From the NCBI GenBank assembly GCA_964106645.2, contig OZ067046.1: a stretch of DNA of 64,000 nt. One strand, written 5' to 3'. The translations under genes were made by a program, and so were the position numbers. Below, in pieces: positions 23,840 through 36,575 of this stretch; within the stretch, counting starts at the first letter, position 1; each line of letters begins with the position of its first letter. The notes under the pieces were generated by a model, which saw nothing but the letters and a program-made list of their open reading frames with translations, was not told where the DNA came from and did no database searches. The DNA is from Podarcis pityusensis (taxonomy: Eukaryota).

Positions 23840-24093
23840 TCATGGATGTTTTAGCTGAGTTTCCTACATTGCAGGGGGTTGCACTAGAAAGATGACCCTT
23901 GGGGTCCCTTCCAGCTCCATGATTCTGTTTTTCTGCTTCAACAATATTTCATTATGTTCCTATCATTTTATGTAATTGCATTTTATATAAATTATGAATA
24001 AAACATGTTCTATTTACAAGCAAAACATTTAAATTCTATTTACAAACAAAACACTTAAACAAAACCTTTCTAACTGGTAGGACGGGTGGGGGC
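23840..24093 (-). repeat. Inverted duplicate of 19201-19280 plus 20875-21055
   Basis: Reverse-complement match across ~260 bp, including AT-rich non-TE-looking sequence and a CR1-type tail. Confidence 0.85.
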
Positions 24094-25356
24094 ATGGGTG
24101 TAGCCAGGCTTTTTGTTAGGGGGGCAGGCTTTTGTTAGAGGGGCAGAACCTTTGATTTGTATTGATTTTTACTTATTTGGGAGGCAGCTGCCCCCTGCCC
24201 CCCTGAGGGACAGTGGAGCGGCCCACTGCTGAAAAAGTTTGCTGACCCCTGATCTAGTCTTTCCCCTGCTGTCCCCGTTAATATTCTTAAGAGGGTCTCT
24301 TCTCCAGTCTTCAGAGAGTAGCTGCAAGTGGGGAGGCAGAAAAAGGTCCTCCTTTCCTTCCACTCTGCACTCCAGACCTCAGAAACTGCTTGCACTAATG
24401 ACATTCCCAGTTGCAAAATGCGCCTAGAACAATGGGAGTTTTGAACACTGGAAACACTGCTCTAGAGGACTCAAGTTGGTACCTAGAGTTCTTTCTTAAT
24501 TTCTATGAGTTCTATCATTACTGCTTGAGAGATATTGGAGGGGAAACACTGTAGCAACATTTGCAGGGGAAATTTGATTATTCCTTGCAACTTTAAATAA
24601 GCTGCATAACTTTCATAGGATTTTGTCTGAATTAATCCAAACAAAAGATGGCAAAAATGCTCATCCTATTGTGGTATTTTCAGTGGAAAGCACTCTCTCA
24701 AGTCACTTTGAAAGTGTATCACCATTTACAATAACTAGTTATAATAGCCCCATTCAGTGCTACAAAAAGCATATTACTAAAGTTTTGTGAACTCTGTTTC
24801 TGCTCTTGCTATTGCCTATCTTGTGTGTTCTGAAAACAGATTTTTATCTTGTTCTTCTGGACAACTCTAATCAGGAAGTAGAATCAATTGTGCATAAAAT
24901 GTGGAGGATGATTAAGAGGGAGTGGGCTTCCCATGTTTGACTGGTTTCCCATTGTTTACTTCTAAAAGGAAACCAGTAAATTCTTGCATCAGAACACTGA
25001 TAAAACTTGTTCTGAATACAGCTTTGTTTACATCTGTAGACTTTCAGACTATGATAACTGACAATATTTTGTTTTTTAGAAATACCCTGTTATTGCATGC
25101 TGAGACTTGAATTTTTGTGAGCAGTTAAAATGCATTCGAGTCGCCTCCAGTGTGAAATTAATAAGTCTTAAACATTTAAAACACTTGCTGTGGCTCCTAG
25201 TAGGGAAGAGGAACAGGAGGAAGCCCTGAAGCTTAAGCAAGTTAAAACAAGTTTGTAACTGACATGGAGTCTGAAATATGCTCTCTTGAACCTTTCCAGT
25301 GATTCACTAGTGAGGCATGGTTTTAAAAATGTAGGTGTTACTTGTAGTGTCATAAG

Positions 25357-25450
25357 CACCAGCTCCCTAGGCCTGAAGCAAGATGAGCGCCACACTCCAT
25401 AGTTGCCTTTGACTGGACTTAACCATCCAGGGGTCCATTACCTTTTACCA
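25357..25450 (+). mobile_element. Sauria SINE 3' fragment
   Basis: gactggacttaaccatccaggggtccattaccttttacc tail region. Confidence 0.75.
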
Positions 25451-25895
25451 TTGATTGGTTTTCTTGAATGCTTTATGTATAGCATTTAACCTTAAAAGAT
25501 ATAAAATTAAATGCCTTTTCTAAGAGGCTGCAGGAAAAAATATTTTCCAAGTTACCTCTATTATTAAAATAACATGCTTTCTTAGTAATTTTGAAGCCAG
25601 TTGTGAGCTATACATTCCACAATGTATAACGTCTTGAATGAAATAGATATATATTCTCTTCAGCCTGTTTTAAGGACTATCTCCATAGAGGGATTTATAC
25701 AGTCTACTGTGGTTTTGTGGTCCTCTGTGAATTGAGTAAATGGAAAGAGAACAGATGAGGTCATTGCTAGGTAGAATATAACTAGACAGAGGACAGACTG
25801 TTTGCTGCTTGGGAAAATGGCAAGTGGAATAAAACATATCTGTCTATGTCAAACCTGCTGACCAATCAAGTTAAGCTGAAACTACCTTGAGAGTA

Positions 25896-26121
25896 CAGTG
25901 GTACCTCGGGTTACATACGCTTCAGGTTACAGACTCTGCTAACCCAGAAATAGTACCTCGGGTTAAGAACCTTCCTTCAGGATGAGAACAGAAATTGTGT
26001 AGCAGCGGCGTGGCGGCAGCAGGAGGCTCCATTAGCTAAAGTGGTGCTTCAGGTTAAGTACAATTTCAGGTTAAGAATGGACCTCCAGAACGAATTAAGT
26101 TCTTAACCCGAGGTACCACTG
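25896..26121 (+). mobile_element. Tigger-like MITE, family A
   Basis: Perfect TIRs with TA TSD. Confidence 0.92.
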
Positions 26122-26215
26122 TAGTAGTATTAGGACAAGAAGACAGGATATAAAGAAATTCAGAGGAACTTTTTACTATTTTTTAAAAATATATATTTCC
26201 CCTCTTTCTTTCTAG

Positions 26216-26394
26216 CCTTGAATATATTAGTTTCTTGTAACCTGTATTTGTCCAGCAAGGGACCAAGAATATTTCATCTTTTTACCTGCTCTTACATAGT
26301 GAAAGTACAAGCTTGGCTCCTAGAAAAATATCATGATAGGTCCATTCCAGGTGGCTTGCATCATTTGTTGTTGATCACAAATGGTTTTACATTG
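26216..26394 (+). other. FRYL: FRYL 5'UTR exon 2 (179 nt, non-coding, with uORFs)
   Basis: Strong acceptor tttcccctctttctttctag and donor TTG|GTAAGA. Mammalian FRYL has several non-coding 5' exons (from memory). Confidence 0.65.
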
Positions 26395-27629
26395 GTAAGA
26401 CTATATCCCCCTGAAAAATCTTCTATAACTATAGCTACTTTGTATTAATCTCTGCTTTCCCCTTATATTGGTCTGGCCCACTAGATGTGCCGAACTACAA
26501 CTCCCATCATTGATGAACATTGGCTGTGGTAGCTAGAGTTGAGATCAGAAAAGCCACAGGTTAGCTACTTGTGTCCTAAAAGCTTTCATTTTATTTATGT
26601 ATTTATTTCATAAAATTCATATACCACTTGATTGTAAACAACAACCACCACCCCTAAATTAATAAATGTCTTTTCCAGTTATACCTACTACTGTATAGTT
26701 TTACATGTGATCTTAAAACTTCTAAACTGGAACTTCAGCAACTGTTCTTCAGCTGTCATTAAAGGCTACCAAAGCATTAACTGTACACACTGTTTTCCTC
26801 TAAGCAATGAATTTGAATGTTCTCTTTGATCTACAGTCCTGCTCTTGAAAACTGAAATGGGGTGGGAGTGAGAGGGTCATTGGTTTTCAGACTCTTAAAT
26901 AATTCATTTTAACCTTGACTGAAGCAGAAATGGCTCATTTCTGAAGCAGAGGAAATAACACTAGAAGGAGAGGTGATGAGAATCTGTCATAACCCATGCT
27001 TATTCTAGTATTTATTGTCAGGCAGAGTATGATTTGCTCATATGGGTATTTGTTACCTTATTGACCAGGTTAGAGAACCTCTGGGCCAAAGCACAACACA
27101 GCCCAGCACGCCTCCCAGTTTGGCCAGTTTGGGCAAGCCATGCTCACCCTACAGCAGATGTCATACATGGTGTGCAGTGGGGCAGTTATGGGCAGGTCTT
27201 CAAAGGGGCAATTGGGAGCTTAAAGTGAGCTCCCAGTTGTTCCTCTGCTCCAGGAGGGGGTGAGTAACAAAAAGGAAAAAGGTGGCTAACAAGTATTCAC
27301 ACTTGATGTTTTAATGTGTTAAACTACTTTGAGATTTTTTTCCTTTAAAATATAAAGCGATATAGAAATGAAATGGATGCTAATAATAAATAATTATTAT
27401 TATTCACTTCTCCCTCCCAGTGCTGCTTCTTGAACCTTTGAAAATCACAGGTTCGAAAAGCAGCATGGGACTTCTTGCAACAAGATTTTCCAACAGCCCA
27501 TCCTCCAAAGTCCCTTTGTCATAGTAATGCCAGGTGATTATATGTTAAATTTTGCCCTTCACAGGTGTGGGGATAAAGATCTGGCCTGCTGGTCAGGAAA
27601 AAAACAAACCCACCCCTGAGATATGAGTA

Positions 27630-27850
27630 CTGTCATACCTCGTGTTGTGTTAGGTTCATGTTGCGTCTTTTCGGCTTGCAAACATGGCAAACCCGGAAGT
27701 GTATACTTCCAGGTTTTGCCGCGCATGCATGCGCAGAAGCGGTCTATTGCGCTCTGCGCTTGCGCAGAGCAGTGCCACTCTAGTTGCAGACTTTTCGGGG
27801 TGCGAATGGCACCCCGGAATGGATCGTGTCCGCAACTAGAGGTACCACTG
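27630..27850. mobile_element. Tigger-like MITE, family C
   Basis: Degenerate left TIR, GAGGTACCACTG right TIR, TA TSD. Confidence 0.75.
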
Positions 27851-28819
27851 TATATGAATATAAGTATTCATATAGGAAATCCTGTCATAGTTTTCTTATC
27901 TGTGCTGTCAGATGGGACACAATGCATTCCAGAGAAACCATTGTGGTACACCACAAATAGTGACCATGAAAGGCAACAGAATATACTGTAGTTCCATTTT
28001 CTCCTGAGACACAGTTGCCAACTGGTTGTGGAATATTTTCCCAGCTGGCTTCAGAGCCTGAAACTTCCTCATGTAAGCTGGAGTCATTGTCCATCAATTT
28101 AGTGCATGGTGTTGTTTTTTTAGATGTAGTCACCATATTTTTCACATGCAATAATTTGTAGGCTACTAGGCCTTCTCTTTCAATCAAGTGAAAATGGTTA
28201 AATCACTCTCTCTGCCTCTGAAAATGTTCTCTGTAAGTAAAGTCATTGAGATACACTCACCATTGACTGCCTGTTTGAGGGATTACAGAGTTCAGAGATT
28301 ATGCAATCATTTTGTGGCATGTTTCTTTAATTTTCCCCATTTCATAATACACAATAATCATAAGTATATATACAGCTGTACTTACTATATCTATAATTAC
28401 TGTTTGTTTTGATTCCAGTGTCACAAAATGGTAAGCATTTTTTTCCCTTTAAAGAGTCTCCACTGATAGCATAGTTCCCTCCTATAGCTGCTTATATCAT
28501 TATTTTATTCAGAATCATTACATTCCAAATCTTCTCCTTCCAGAGGTCTGTTGGTGGTACACTATCTATTTCCCACATGTTTGCTATTAAAACTGAGCAT
28601 CTATCACCATATGAACAACCAGGACAAAAGTCCCTTGGCCAATGTGGTATTCTTCATTGTCCAATAACATTCTCAGAACCTACTATTTCTGTAATTTCTT
28701 GCATATTTCCCCTCAAATACCTTTCATTCATCCACAATTCCACCATAGATGTGCAAAAGTGCCTCTGCTATTGAGGTTCTTCTGAACAGCTGTTTCTTTA
28801 CAGGCCTTTGGAGTGGTGC

Positions 28820-28846
28820 CATATATATATATATATATATATATAT
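28820..28846. repeat. (AT)n microsatellite
   Basis: Read directly from the sequence. Confidence 0.9.
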
Positions 28847-29399
28847 GAATATGAAATACATGCTAAAAATGACAGTGAAGCTCATTAGATAGCCCTGAGC
28901 AAATCATAATATCTTGCGCTAACAAGCTTGCTGTGAACTTTTCTCAGTCCTCCTTGTAAGAGGGGCAGAATGCAGAATAACAAGCTTGCTTGTCTCAACT
29001 CTGCTTTTCCAGATACTTTATTGAGTGTATTTAGAAGACATTTTTTGAGGGTTTTTTAAATTTTGAGGGGTGGAACTGTCTGTTTCTGGAATCTAAGAAC
29101 ACTAAGATGTGTTAAAATGTTTTAAACTAGTCAGATTGGCACTTGCATAATTCAGCTCGCAGTTGGAACATGTCAATTGTACTCATCTTGCTTTTGAAGT
29201 GATATGTTAAAACATTGTTCTGTGATTGTGGTTTCACATGTGCAAGGCATCCTTCAATGATGCCCTTACGTGTGCATCCTTAGGCTCAACTCATTAGGTA
29301 GGAATGGACTGGAATGATTCAAGTGGGATGATGGACTGTGGACAGAGGGGCCACTTTTCAAAAAACGCACCCCCTTGTTAAAACACAAACTAATACAGC

Positions 29400-29648
29400 A
29401 GAGTTTGGAAGAGTTTGGATTTGATAATCCCGCTTTATCACTACCCGAAGGAATCTCAAAGCGGCTAACATTCTCCTTTCCTTTCCTCCCCCACAACAAA
29501 CACTCTGTGAGGTGAGTGGGGCTGAGAGACTTCAGAGGAGTGTGACTAGCCCAGGGTCACCCAGCAGCTGCATGTGGAGGAGCGGAGACCCGAACCCAGT
29601 TCACCAGATTACGAGTCTATCGCTCTTAACCACTACACCACACTGGCT
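29400..29648 (-). mobile_element. tRNA-derived lacertid SINE
   Basis: Minus-strand head agccagtgtggtgtagtggttaagag with A/B boxes; (CCAAACTCTT)-type tail repeat. Confidence 0.8.
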
Positions 29649-30884
29649 ACAGCCTTCTTCACAATGTGTTTTTCCTATGTCCAGGAAGTTTCTACATGAG
29701 GAAACTTTCAAGAAAGGCACCCCTTATTTACAGTCTGACATATACAGTCTTCTTAGCATCTCTTTTTGGTGCATGTATAATGATCTCAGAGGCTTGGCTG
29801 CATTAACTAACATTTGTCATTAACAAGGATTACAGCTCAGTAGATCAAAACAAAGGCCTTTTGTTGGACACTTCTATCTGCTAATTGTAATCTTGATTTT
29901 TAAAAATAAAGTTGTCACAAGAGCTGTGCTGTGTCAGAGCAAAGGCCTATCTGTCCAGCATTCCCTTTCCACAGAGGCCAACCAGATCCCTATGGAAGGT
30001 CTGCAAAGCAGTACACGAGCTCAACAGCATTCTTCCCAACTTTTGTTCCCCAGCAACTTGCATTCAGAGACATAATGCCTCCCATTCTATAAGTAGCATG
30101 TTGCAAATAGCCATTGATAGCCTTAACTTTCATAAGTTTTATCTAATCTTCTTCTAAAGCTGTCCAAGTTGGTGGTCATTGCTACTCCCGGTAGTGAATT
30201 CTATTTCCCCCCACTATGTGCTATGTGAAGAAGTATTTTGCCTGTCCTGAAGGTTACAGCATTCAGCTTCATTGGATGATTCTAGTCCAGTATTGTGTGA
30301 GAAAGCATTTCTCTTATTCTGTTTTTGTGAATTACTTTAGTATTCAGGGAAGCACTGGCTCCAAAACAGGGGCAACGTTTGAAAGGGGAACATATAGTGA
30401 TCGAAAAAACTTGGTTTTTGCTTTGGGCAACAAACAGCAGCACACGTAGGGGGCCTTCATACTGGGGTAGGGAGGGAATCGGCATGTATGCTACACTTTG
30501 TTTAGTGGGAGTAGCCCAGTTCAATAACTGTATTGTTCTTGGTTTCATAGGAATGCTGTATTTAATGCCGTGTGAATTTTATTTATTCTAGTCGTATTTT
30601 AGAACTATCCTTTCTTTAGCTTTTGGTTACTATAATTTTTTGTTAAACCAGAATGTCCAAGATACTACAATTATAGAAACAAAATATTTTGTGTATTTAA
30701 ACTTCTTTAATAAAAAAACCCAGTTGCTTTAGGTTTTTGGTTTTTATTGGTAGCTATAGTTAGATCTCTGCAAACAGCTCTTACTTGTGTTGTGTCTAAC
30801 CAGCAAAAGAGCTGTTTCTACCTAGCCCTATTCAGATGTCATATGGAATGTCCCTTGTATGAACAATAGTCAGAATGAATATTG

Positions 30885-31177
30885 TTGTTGTTGTTTAGTC
30901 GTCTTAGTCGTGTTTGACTCTCCTTGATCCCATGAACCAGAGAATGCCTTGGAAACACTCACTTTCTTCTCAAAGCTTCTCCTTTTTTTATGTCCATGGA
31001 GTTTTCTTGGCAAAATACTGAAGTGGTTTGCCAGTTCCTTCTCCAGGTGGATCACATTTAGTCTAAACTCTCAGCTATAACCTGTCCATCTTGGGTGGCC
31101 CTGCACGGCATAGCTCATAGCTTCTCTGAGTTATTCAAGCCCCTTTGCCACGACAAGGCAGTGATCCATGAAGGGGA
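30885..31177 (-). mobile_element. BovB/RTE-derived short retroposon
   Basis: (CAA)n tail on the minus strand; BovB-like tgtccatggagttttcttggcaa..atactg..gtggtttgcc; 13-bp TSD agaatgaatattg at 30872-30884 and 31178-31190. Confidence 0.85.
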
Positions 31178-33318
31178 AGAATGAATATTGGGACTGCAGA
31201 ATTGAAAAGAGGAGACCAATAACTAGGGAGAAAAGATAGGACAGCCATGGGTGGAGTCAGAGAGTTGAATAGGATGGAGGCATCCCTTCCTGTGATGAGC
31301 ACACTTGCTTTCTTTTGCTCTACAGTCATATCTGATTGCAGGTTTATGAAGACTTGTGAACAGAGCTGGTGGTAGGGTGAGTGTGTTCACAGTGGGTAAC
31401 AATTTTACTGTTGTACTATCTTCAGGTTCCGTAGCTGCAAGCAGATGTTTGCGTTCTTGTTTTTTCGTCTCACTGTAAATGCACCAATCTTCATAGGGCT
31501 GATTTGGTTACAAGACATCTGCTGTGTTTGGCTGCCTGTCCAAACAGTGTGACTGCATCCAGGTGACAGCAAGCATGCGGCCAAGCAGTTAGGTAAACTT
31601 ACCTTCCTCCCTTTTCTCTTTTCCCTCTACCCCAACCCAGGGTAGAATCAATTTTCTTTACTGTATGGCAGCTAAGAACTTGTCCTGTTGGAAAAGCAGG
31701 ATGTAAAATTGCAGACATAATGTAGATGGTTTTAGGAGCTAACTAGAATTTCTGTCTTTGGGTATATAATACAGATGTATTCTGCCTTTCTTGAAGGAGC
31801 TCATTGCAGCACACAGAGCTTTCCAGCTCACAGGAGTATGTGCAGATTTGCCTGAGAGAGGTCACCAACTGAGCAGGCCAAATGGGATTTTTGTCTTTGT
31901 GGCTTTATATACTGCACCACGAGTTCTTTGTTAGTACTTGGAATGCAGCTGAATTTGAGGAAAATGCTATATTTGTGAAGCTTTTTGCTATATCCATATT
32001 CCAAGTCTGCTTCTTTATCTGAAATGAAGTGATTATATCCCCATGTCTTCTCCATTTTTCATTTTTGTTGCATAACTAGTAAAATTCAGGGATTTGGAAT
32101 AAAAATCTGGGTTTTAGAGGGGTAAGTACAAATACTAAAACGTAGGGCTGATAGTGGATTAAATTAGCTTTTGACTCATCCTACAAGTTTCAGTTTATAT
32201 AAACATGTAATGTAATGCAAATAAATAAAAGTAATAGTTCTGAAGGAAAAAAGGAATGCTTAATTCCTATTATGGCATCTGTATACATAGTCTTATACGT
32301 ACTGTTTTCTGTGTGTGAGAAACAGAAAGACTTTCTTTGTAAGTTGCCACCAGTTGTCTACATCTCTTGTAAATATTTTTGTATATATATATGTCTAATC
32401 AAAGATTGTAAGACTTTTTAAAAAGTGGATATCAAACTGACTAAATGTTGCAGCTCTGATATAGATTTTAGCAGTAGCAAAGTTTGCTGTGATCAAAATC
32501 GTACTCTTATACACTTGTTTTCAGGATGCTTAGTTTTTTGTATTCCCTTCTCCTTGGAAAAAGAGAGAACATTTGGCTTCTCTGTTGCCTGGCAAAAACA
32601 TCAGAATGCATAACAGAGAAGAGAACTTTCCTTAATAGGAAGGGATGGATGAGGGAAGAAAATTAGAAGTATCTCTGAGACCTTGATCTAAGGACACATC
32701 CAAACATTATTTATGATTCTATGATTTACTTGAGTGAAACTGAAGTACTTAAAAATAAAAGTCTTGGTCTCTTCAAAATTGATCTCTCATTTAAAAGATT
32801 ACTCTAATTCTATTTTTGTTCTCTCCCTTTTGAATTTAGTTGCTGTTGCTTTTGGGCTTATTCTTGTGTTCCTGAAAATTGGTAATTGGTGGTAATTATA
32901 CCTGTTAGTCATGGTTTATCCCATAAGAGTTCTCTTAAGCATTTCACATTTCATGAAACAAGGATCAAACGATAGGTGACGCTGTCTCACTTCTTGAGCA
33001 AGCACATTCTGTGGAATTGCTTGCTCATAGCAGGTGCAGCACAAGCAATAAGAGGAAACTCTTAAGAAACTCAAGATGGTATTAGTGAGAAACCTTTAAA
33101 AACATTTATTGTGGTACCAAAAACATTCTGCAGCAGAACCTATCCTTCTTGAGTAGGGCAATTCCATGGAGATTGTAGCCTTTAGTTAGGGGTGGAAAAA
33201 TAACCTAGATATTTCAGAAGCATGTGGGCAAATGCTGAAAACATTTTGTAGTTAAAACAGGAAATAAAAAGTGGTAGATTTGCAATTGTAGCTGGATGTA
33301 GTTTGGTATTGTCTATTA

Positions 33319-33555
33319 CATGGGTAGGCAAACTAAGTGCCAGTCGCCTTCTAAATCTGGCCCGCAGATGGTCCAGGAATCAGCGTGTTTTTACATGAGT
33401 AGAATGTGTCCTTTTATTTAAAATGCATCTCTGGGTTATTTGTGGGGCATAGGAATTCATTCATATATTTTTTTTCTTCAAAATATAGTCTGACCCCCTA
33501 CAAGGTCTGAGGGACAGTGGACTGGCCTCCTGCTGAAAAAGTTTGCTGACCCCTG
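33319..33555. mobile_element. hAT MITE
   Basis: CATGGGTAGGCAAACT...AGTTTGCTGACCCCTG termini; 8-bp TSD gtctatta/gtctgtta. Confidence 0.85.
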
Positions 33556-33802
33556 GTCTGTTAACTAAGGCAGCAGCTCTCCAGGGTTTCAGGCCGAGCT
33601 GGAGATTCAACCTTCTGCATGCAAAACATGTGCACTACCATTGAAGACTCTTGTTTTAGTACTTTGTCCTCAAATCATAAACCTAATTTCAGAGAGTGTA
33701 TTTTAGTCTAGGCTTTTAGGGGCTCAAAGTAAATAATTATTAAACATAAGGTAACACTTGAAGTACGTTGACAGATCTACCTTTCATTCATGGAGTATTT
33801 TG

Positions 33803-33821
33803 CACTGCCATCTGGTGGCCA
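33803..33821 (-). promoter_or_regulatory. Candidate CTCF binding site
   Basis: Minus strand reads TGGCCACCAGATGGCAGTG, a close match to the CTCF core, in non-repeat AT-rich DNA. Confidence 0.6.
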
Positions 33822-34382
33822 AATAAAAATAGATGTAAATTTATTGTTTTTTCCCTTTTAAAGAAGATGGTCATGATATTAAAGAGTAAGAGGCTTGGAA
33901 CTATTGTAGTTTGTACAGAGAAACATAAATGGCTCATCATGCGAGGCTTTCAGAGTACCAAACAGGCATTATTACTGTCTGACTGGATGTTGAAGGGATG
34001 AGTGCAGAAAGCTTGTTCTGTTACAATGGGCAGAAATGTTAGCTGGGTGTCTGGCCACTTTTTCAAGTCACATGCTTGTATTTAAGAAATGCTTGCCTCC
34101 AAATTTCTCCATGGCTTCTGCAGTTGCATTAATGCAGGTGTGGAAAGGCAACTGAGTGCTGCTTTTGTCTACTTTTTATCAAGGCCAGAGTGAGAAAGAT
34201 GGCTTTATCCATCAGCTAAGGCACTTCAGACTGCCTCAGGACTTTTGTCAGTTCTTTCAGGTCCTCAGGTCCTGGAATCTCCTGCTGCCTCCTCAAGTGA
34301 AGTCTTTGTCAAGTCTTTGTCATGCAGAATCTTGAATGAGATTGCACTTCTAAAGGATCAGGCCTACAATTGATGGGTGTTC

Positions 34383-34904
34383 AGCTCTGTTGCTTGACCC
34401 AGTATGCAGAGGGCCTTCTCGGTAGTGGCACCTGCCTGGTGGAATGCCCTCCCAACAGATGTCAAAGAGAAAAACAACTACAGTGGTGCCCCGCAAGACG
34501 AATGCCTCGCAAGACGAAAAACTCGCTAGACGAAAGAGTTTTCCGTTTTTTGAGTCGTTCCGCAAGACGAATTTGCCTATGGGCTTGCTTCGCAAGACGA
34601 AACGTCTTGCGAGTTCTTGCGAGTTTGTTTCCTTTTTCTTAAAGCCACTAAGCCGTTAATAGCCGCTAAGCCGCTAATAGCCGTGCTTCGCAAGACGAAA
34701 AAACCGCTAGACGAAGAGACTCGCGGAACGGATTAATTTCGTCTTGCGAGGCACCACTGTACCAAACTTTTAGAAGACATCTGAAGGCAGCCCTGTTTAG
34801 GGAAGCTTTTAATGTTTGACAGACTATTGTATTTTAATATTTTGTTGGAAGCCGCCCAGAGTGACTGGGGAAACCCAGCCAGATGGGTGGGATATAAACA
34901 ATAA

Positions 34905-34941
<37 letters not shown>
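34383..34941 (+). mobile_element. L2 3' fragment interrupted by a MITE
   Basis: Same L2 3' sequence as 17250 and 20560, split at the TA of aacta|taccaaac; (ATT)n tail. Confidence 0.8.
34481..34759. mobile_element. Young Tigger-like MITE, family D, nested in L2
   Basis: CAGTGGTGCCCCGCAAGACGAA / TTCGTCTTGCGAGGCACCACTG TIRs; TA TSD; repeated cgcaagacgaa motifs; CpGs retained. Confidence 0.9.
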
Positions 34942-34942
<1 letters not shown>

Positions 34943-35047
34943 TCGGGAGTTGCAGCCTCTACTGGATAAAGTGAGACTTGTGGCCATTTTCTCTTGCAGT
35001 TGCCTTAGGCAGCAGACTGGGGACAAGTGGGAAGGGTGGCAGCCGAG

Positions 35048-35292
35048 CACTGGTGGAGGAACAGGGGTGCGGGGGGAGCGCACCGCCCTCGGCAGCACGA
35101 TCCTGGTGAGTTGCCATCACGGCTGCCCCCCTGTGCTGGGCGCCATGCCCCTGCAGGCGGCACGCCATGCTCCCAGGACATGAGCCACGCCCCTGCAGGC
35201 GGCGTGCCACACCCCCAGGATGCACACCAGCCACGCCCCCCGCCTGCTCTCCGTCCGTCCGTCCCCCGCCAGAGCTTGAAGCTCCACCACTA
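35048..35292. mobile_element. GC-rich MITE with 8-bp TSD (hAT-like), inserted in an LTR-like relic
   Basis: CACTGGTGGAG...CTCCACCACTA termini; TSD cagccgag/cagctgag. Confidence 0.7.
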
Positions 35293-36333
35293 CAGCTGAG
35301 GAGCCTCAGCAACTACTGACCCCCTGAGACTTGCCTCCTCCTCCACTTCCCAGTGTGACTCTGAAGCCCCCAGAGGAGTGCACCATTCACCATCACCTAG
35401 GAAGGGTGGAGCTGCCACTTCTTTCTGTCCTGGTTTTTCTCTCTTTCACCATGTTGGTGCTTCCCCAGGCTGCCTCCAGTTGCCTCAGGTGGGATAGGGG
35501 GCACAATTTTCTATACGTATTGGCCGGCCCGGATCTCTCATAGCCTCCAGACAAACACTGAAAAATCCTAGAATTCTCCTTTTAACCGTGTGTCTTTGAA
35601 ACTTGGGTCCTGTAAAACTAGAAATCAAGAAATTTTAACTTGAAATTAGTGTATTCCCTGAGCCTTGTAACTGAATTCACTTTCTCACTGTGAAAAATGT
35701 AGTGATTATAGTCAAACCTAGTAAATCCACATCACTTTATAAATTTGGGGTGGACATTTCCAGATCTCAGCTTCCATTTCTTCTCCTAGCCTCCCACCCT
35801 GGGAGTTTTTCTCTTCTCTGCCTCTCATGCAGGGTCCTTCACCAGTCATCCATCATCTATCCTCATCAGCCCAGCTTAGAGGACTGGTAATTCTTTGTTT
35901 TTACACTTTGTTCAGTTACAAATCAAAAGTGAACACTGGTGAGAGTTTGGTTTATTAGTTACACTAAAACTTTCCCATCCACCAGTTTTCCATACAAAAA
36001 CCTTGCACGTTTGGTGGTCAGCCCTGCAAAATCGTGCCTTTCTACTCTGGCTCAGAGTGGCTAGGAGCCCAGCTGCCCATCCTGAGCACTTGCTGCACTG
36101 CTCGTCTGCTGCTCTGGGTGGCCGAGCGAGGCTCACAGGCTCCTTTGGCAAGAGCACAAGGAATTAGGGGGCGCGGTGCTGGCACAGCTCCTTGCCAAGG
36201 ATGCCAGCGAGCCCACGTGCTCCTCTGCTTGTGATGGTACAGTTTGGAGAGTATAGCTCAAGGATTTGCACACTTAAAAAAAATAGGAGGCTTTATTTTG
36301 GAAACAAAATTAGTATTAGAATACAAAGTATTA

Positions 36334-36575
36334 CAGTGGTACCTCAGGTTACATACGCTTCAGGTTACACATGCTTCAGGTTACAGACTCTGCTAACCCA
36401 GAAATAGTACCTCGGGTTAAGAACTTTGCTTCAGGATGAGAACAGAAATCGTGCCCCGACGGCGCGGCAGCATCAGGAGGCCCCATTAGCTAAAGTGGTG
36501 CTTCAGGTTAAGAACAGTTTCAGGTTAAGAATGGACCTCTGGAACGAATTAAGTACTTAACCCGAGGTACCACTG
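36334..36575 (+). mobile_element. Tigger-like MITE, family A
   Basis: TIRs with TA TSD. Confidence 0.92.

Noticed and set aside
31426-31592. Possible cassette exon
   Set aside because: Moderate splice sites only, with no coding or conservation evidence available.
34950-35320. GC/CpG-rich patch as a third promoter
   Set aside because: Explained by a MITE with an 8-bp TSD inside an LTR-like relic.
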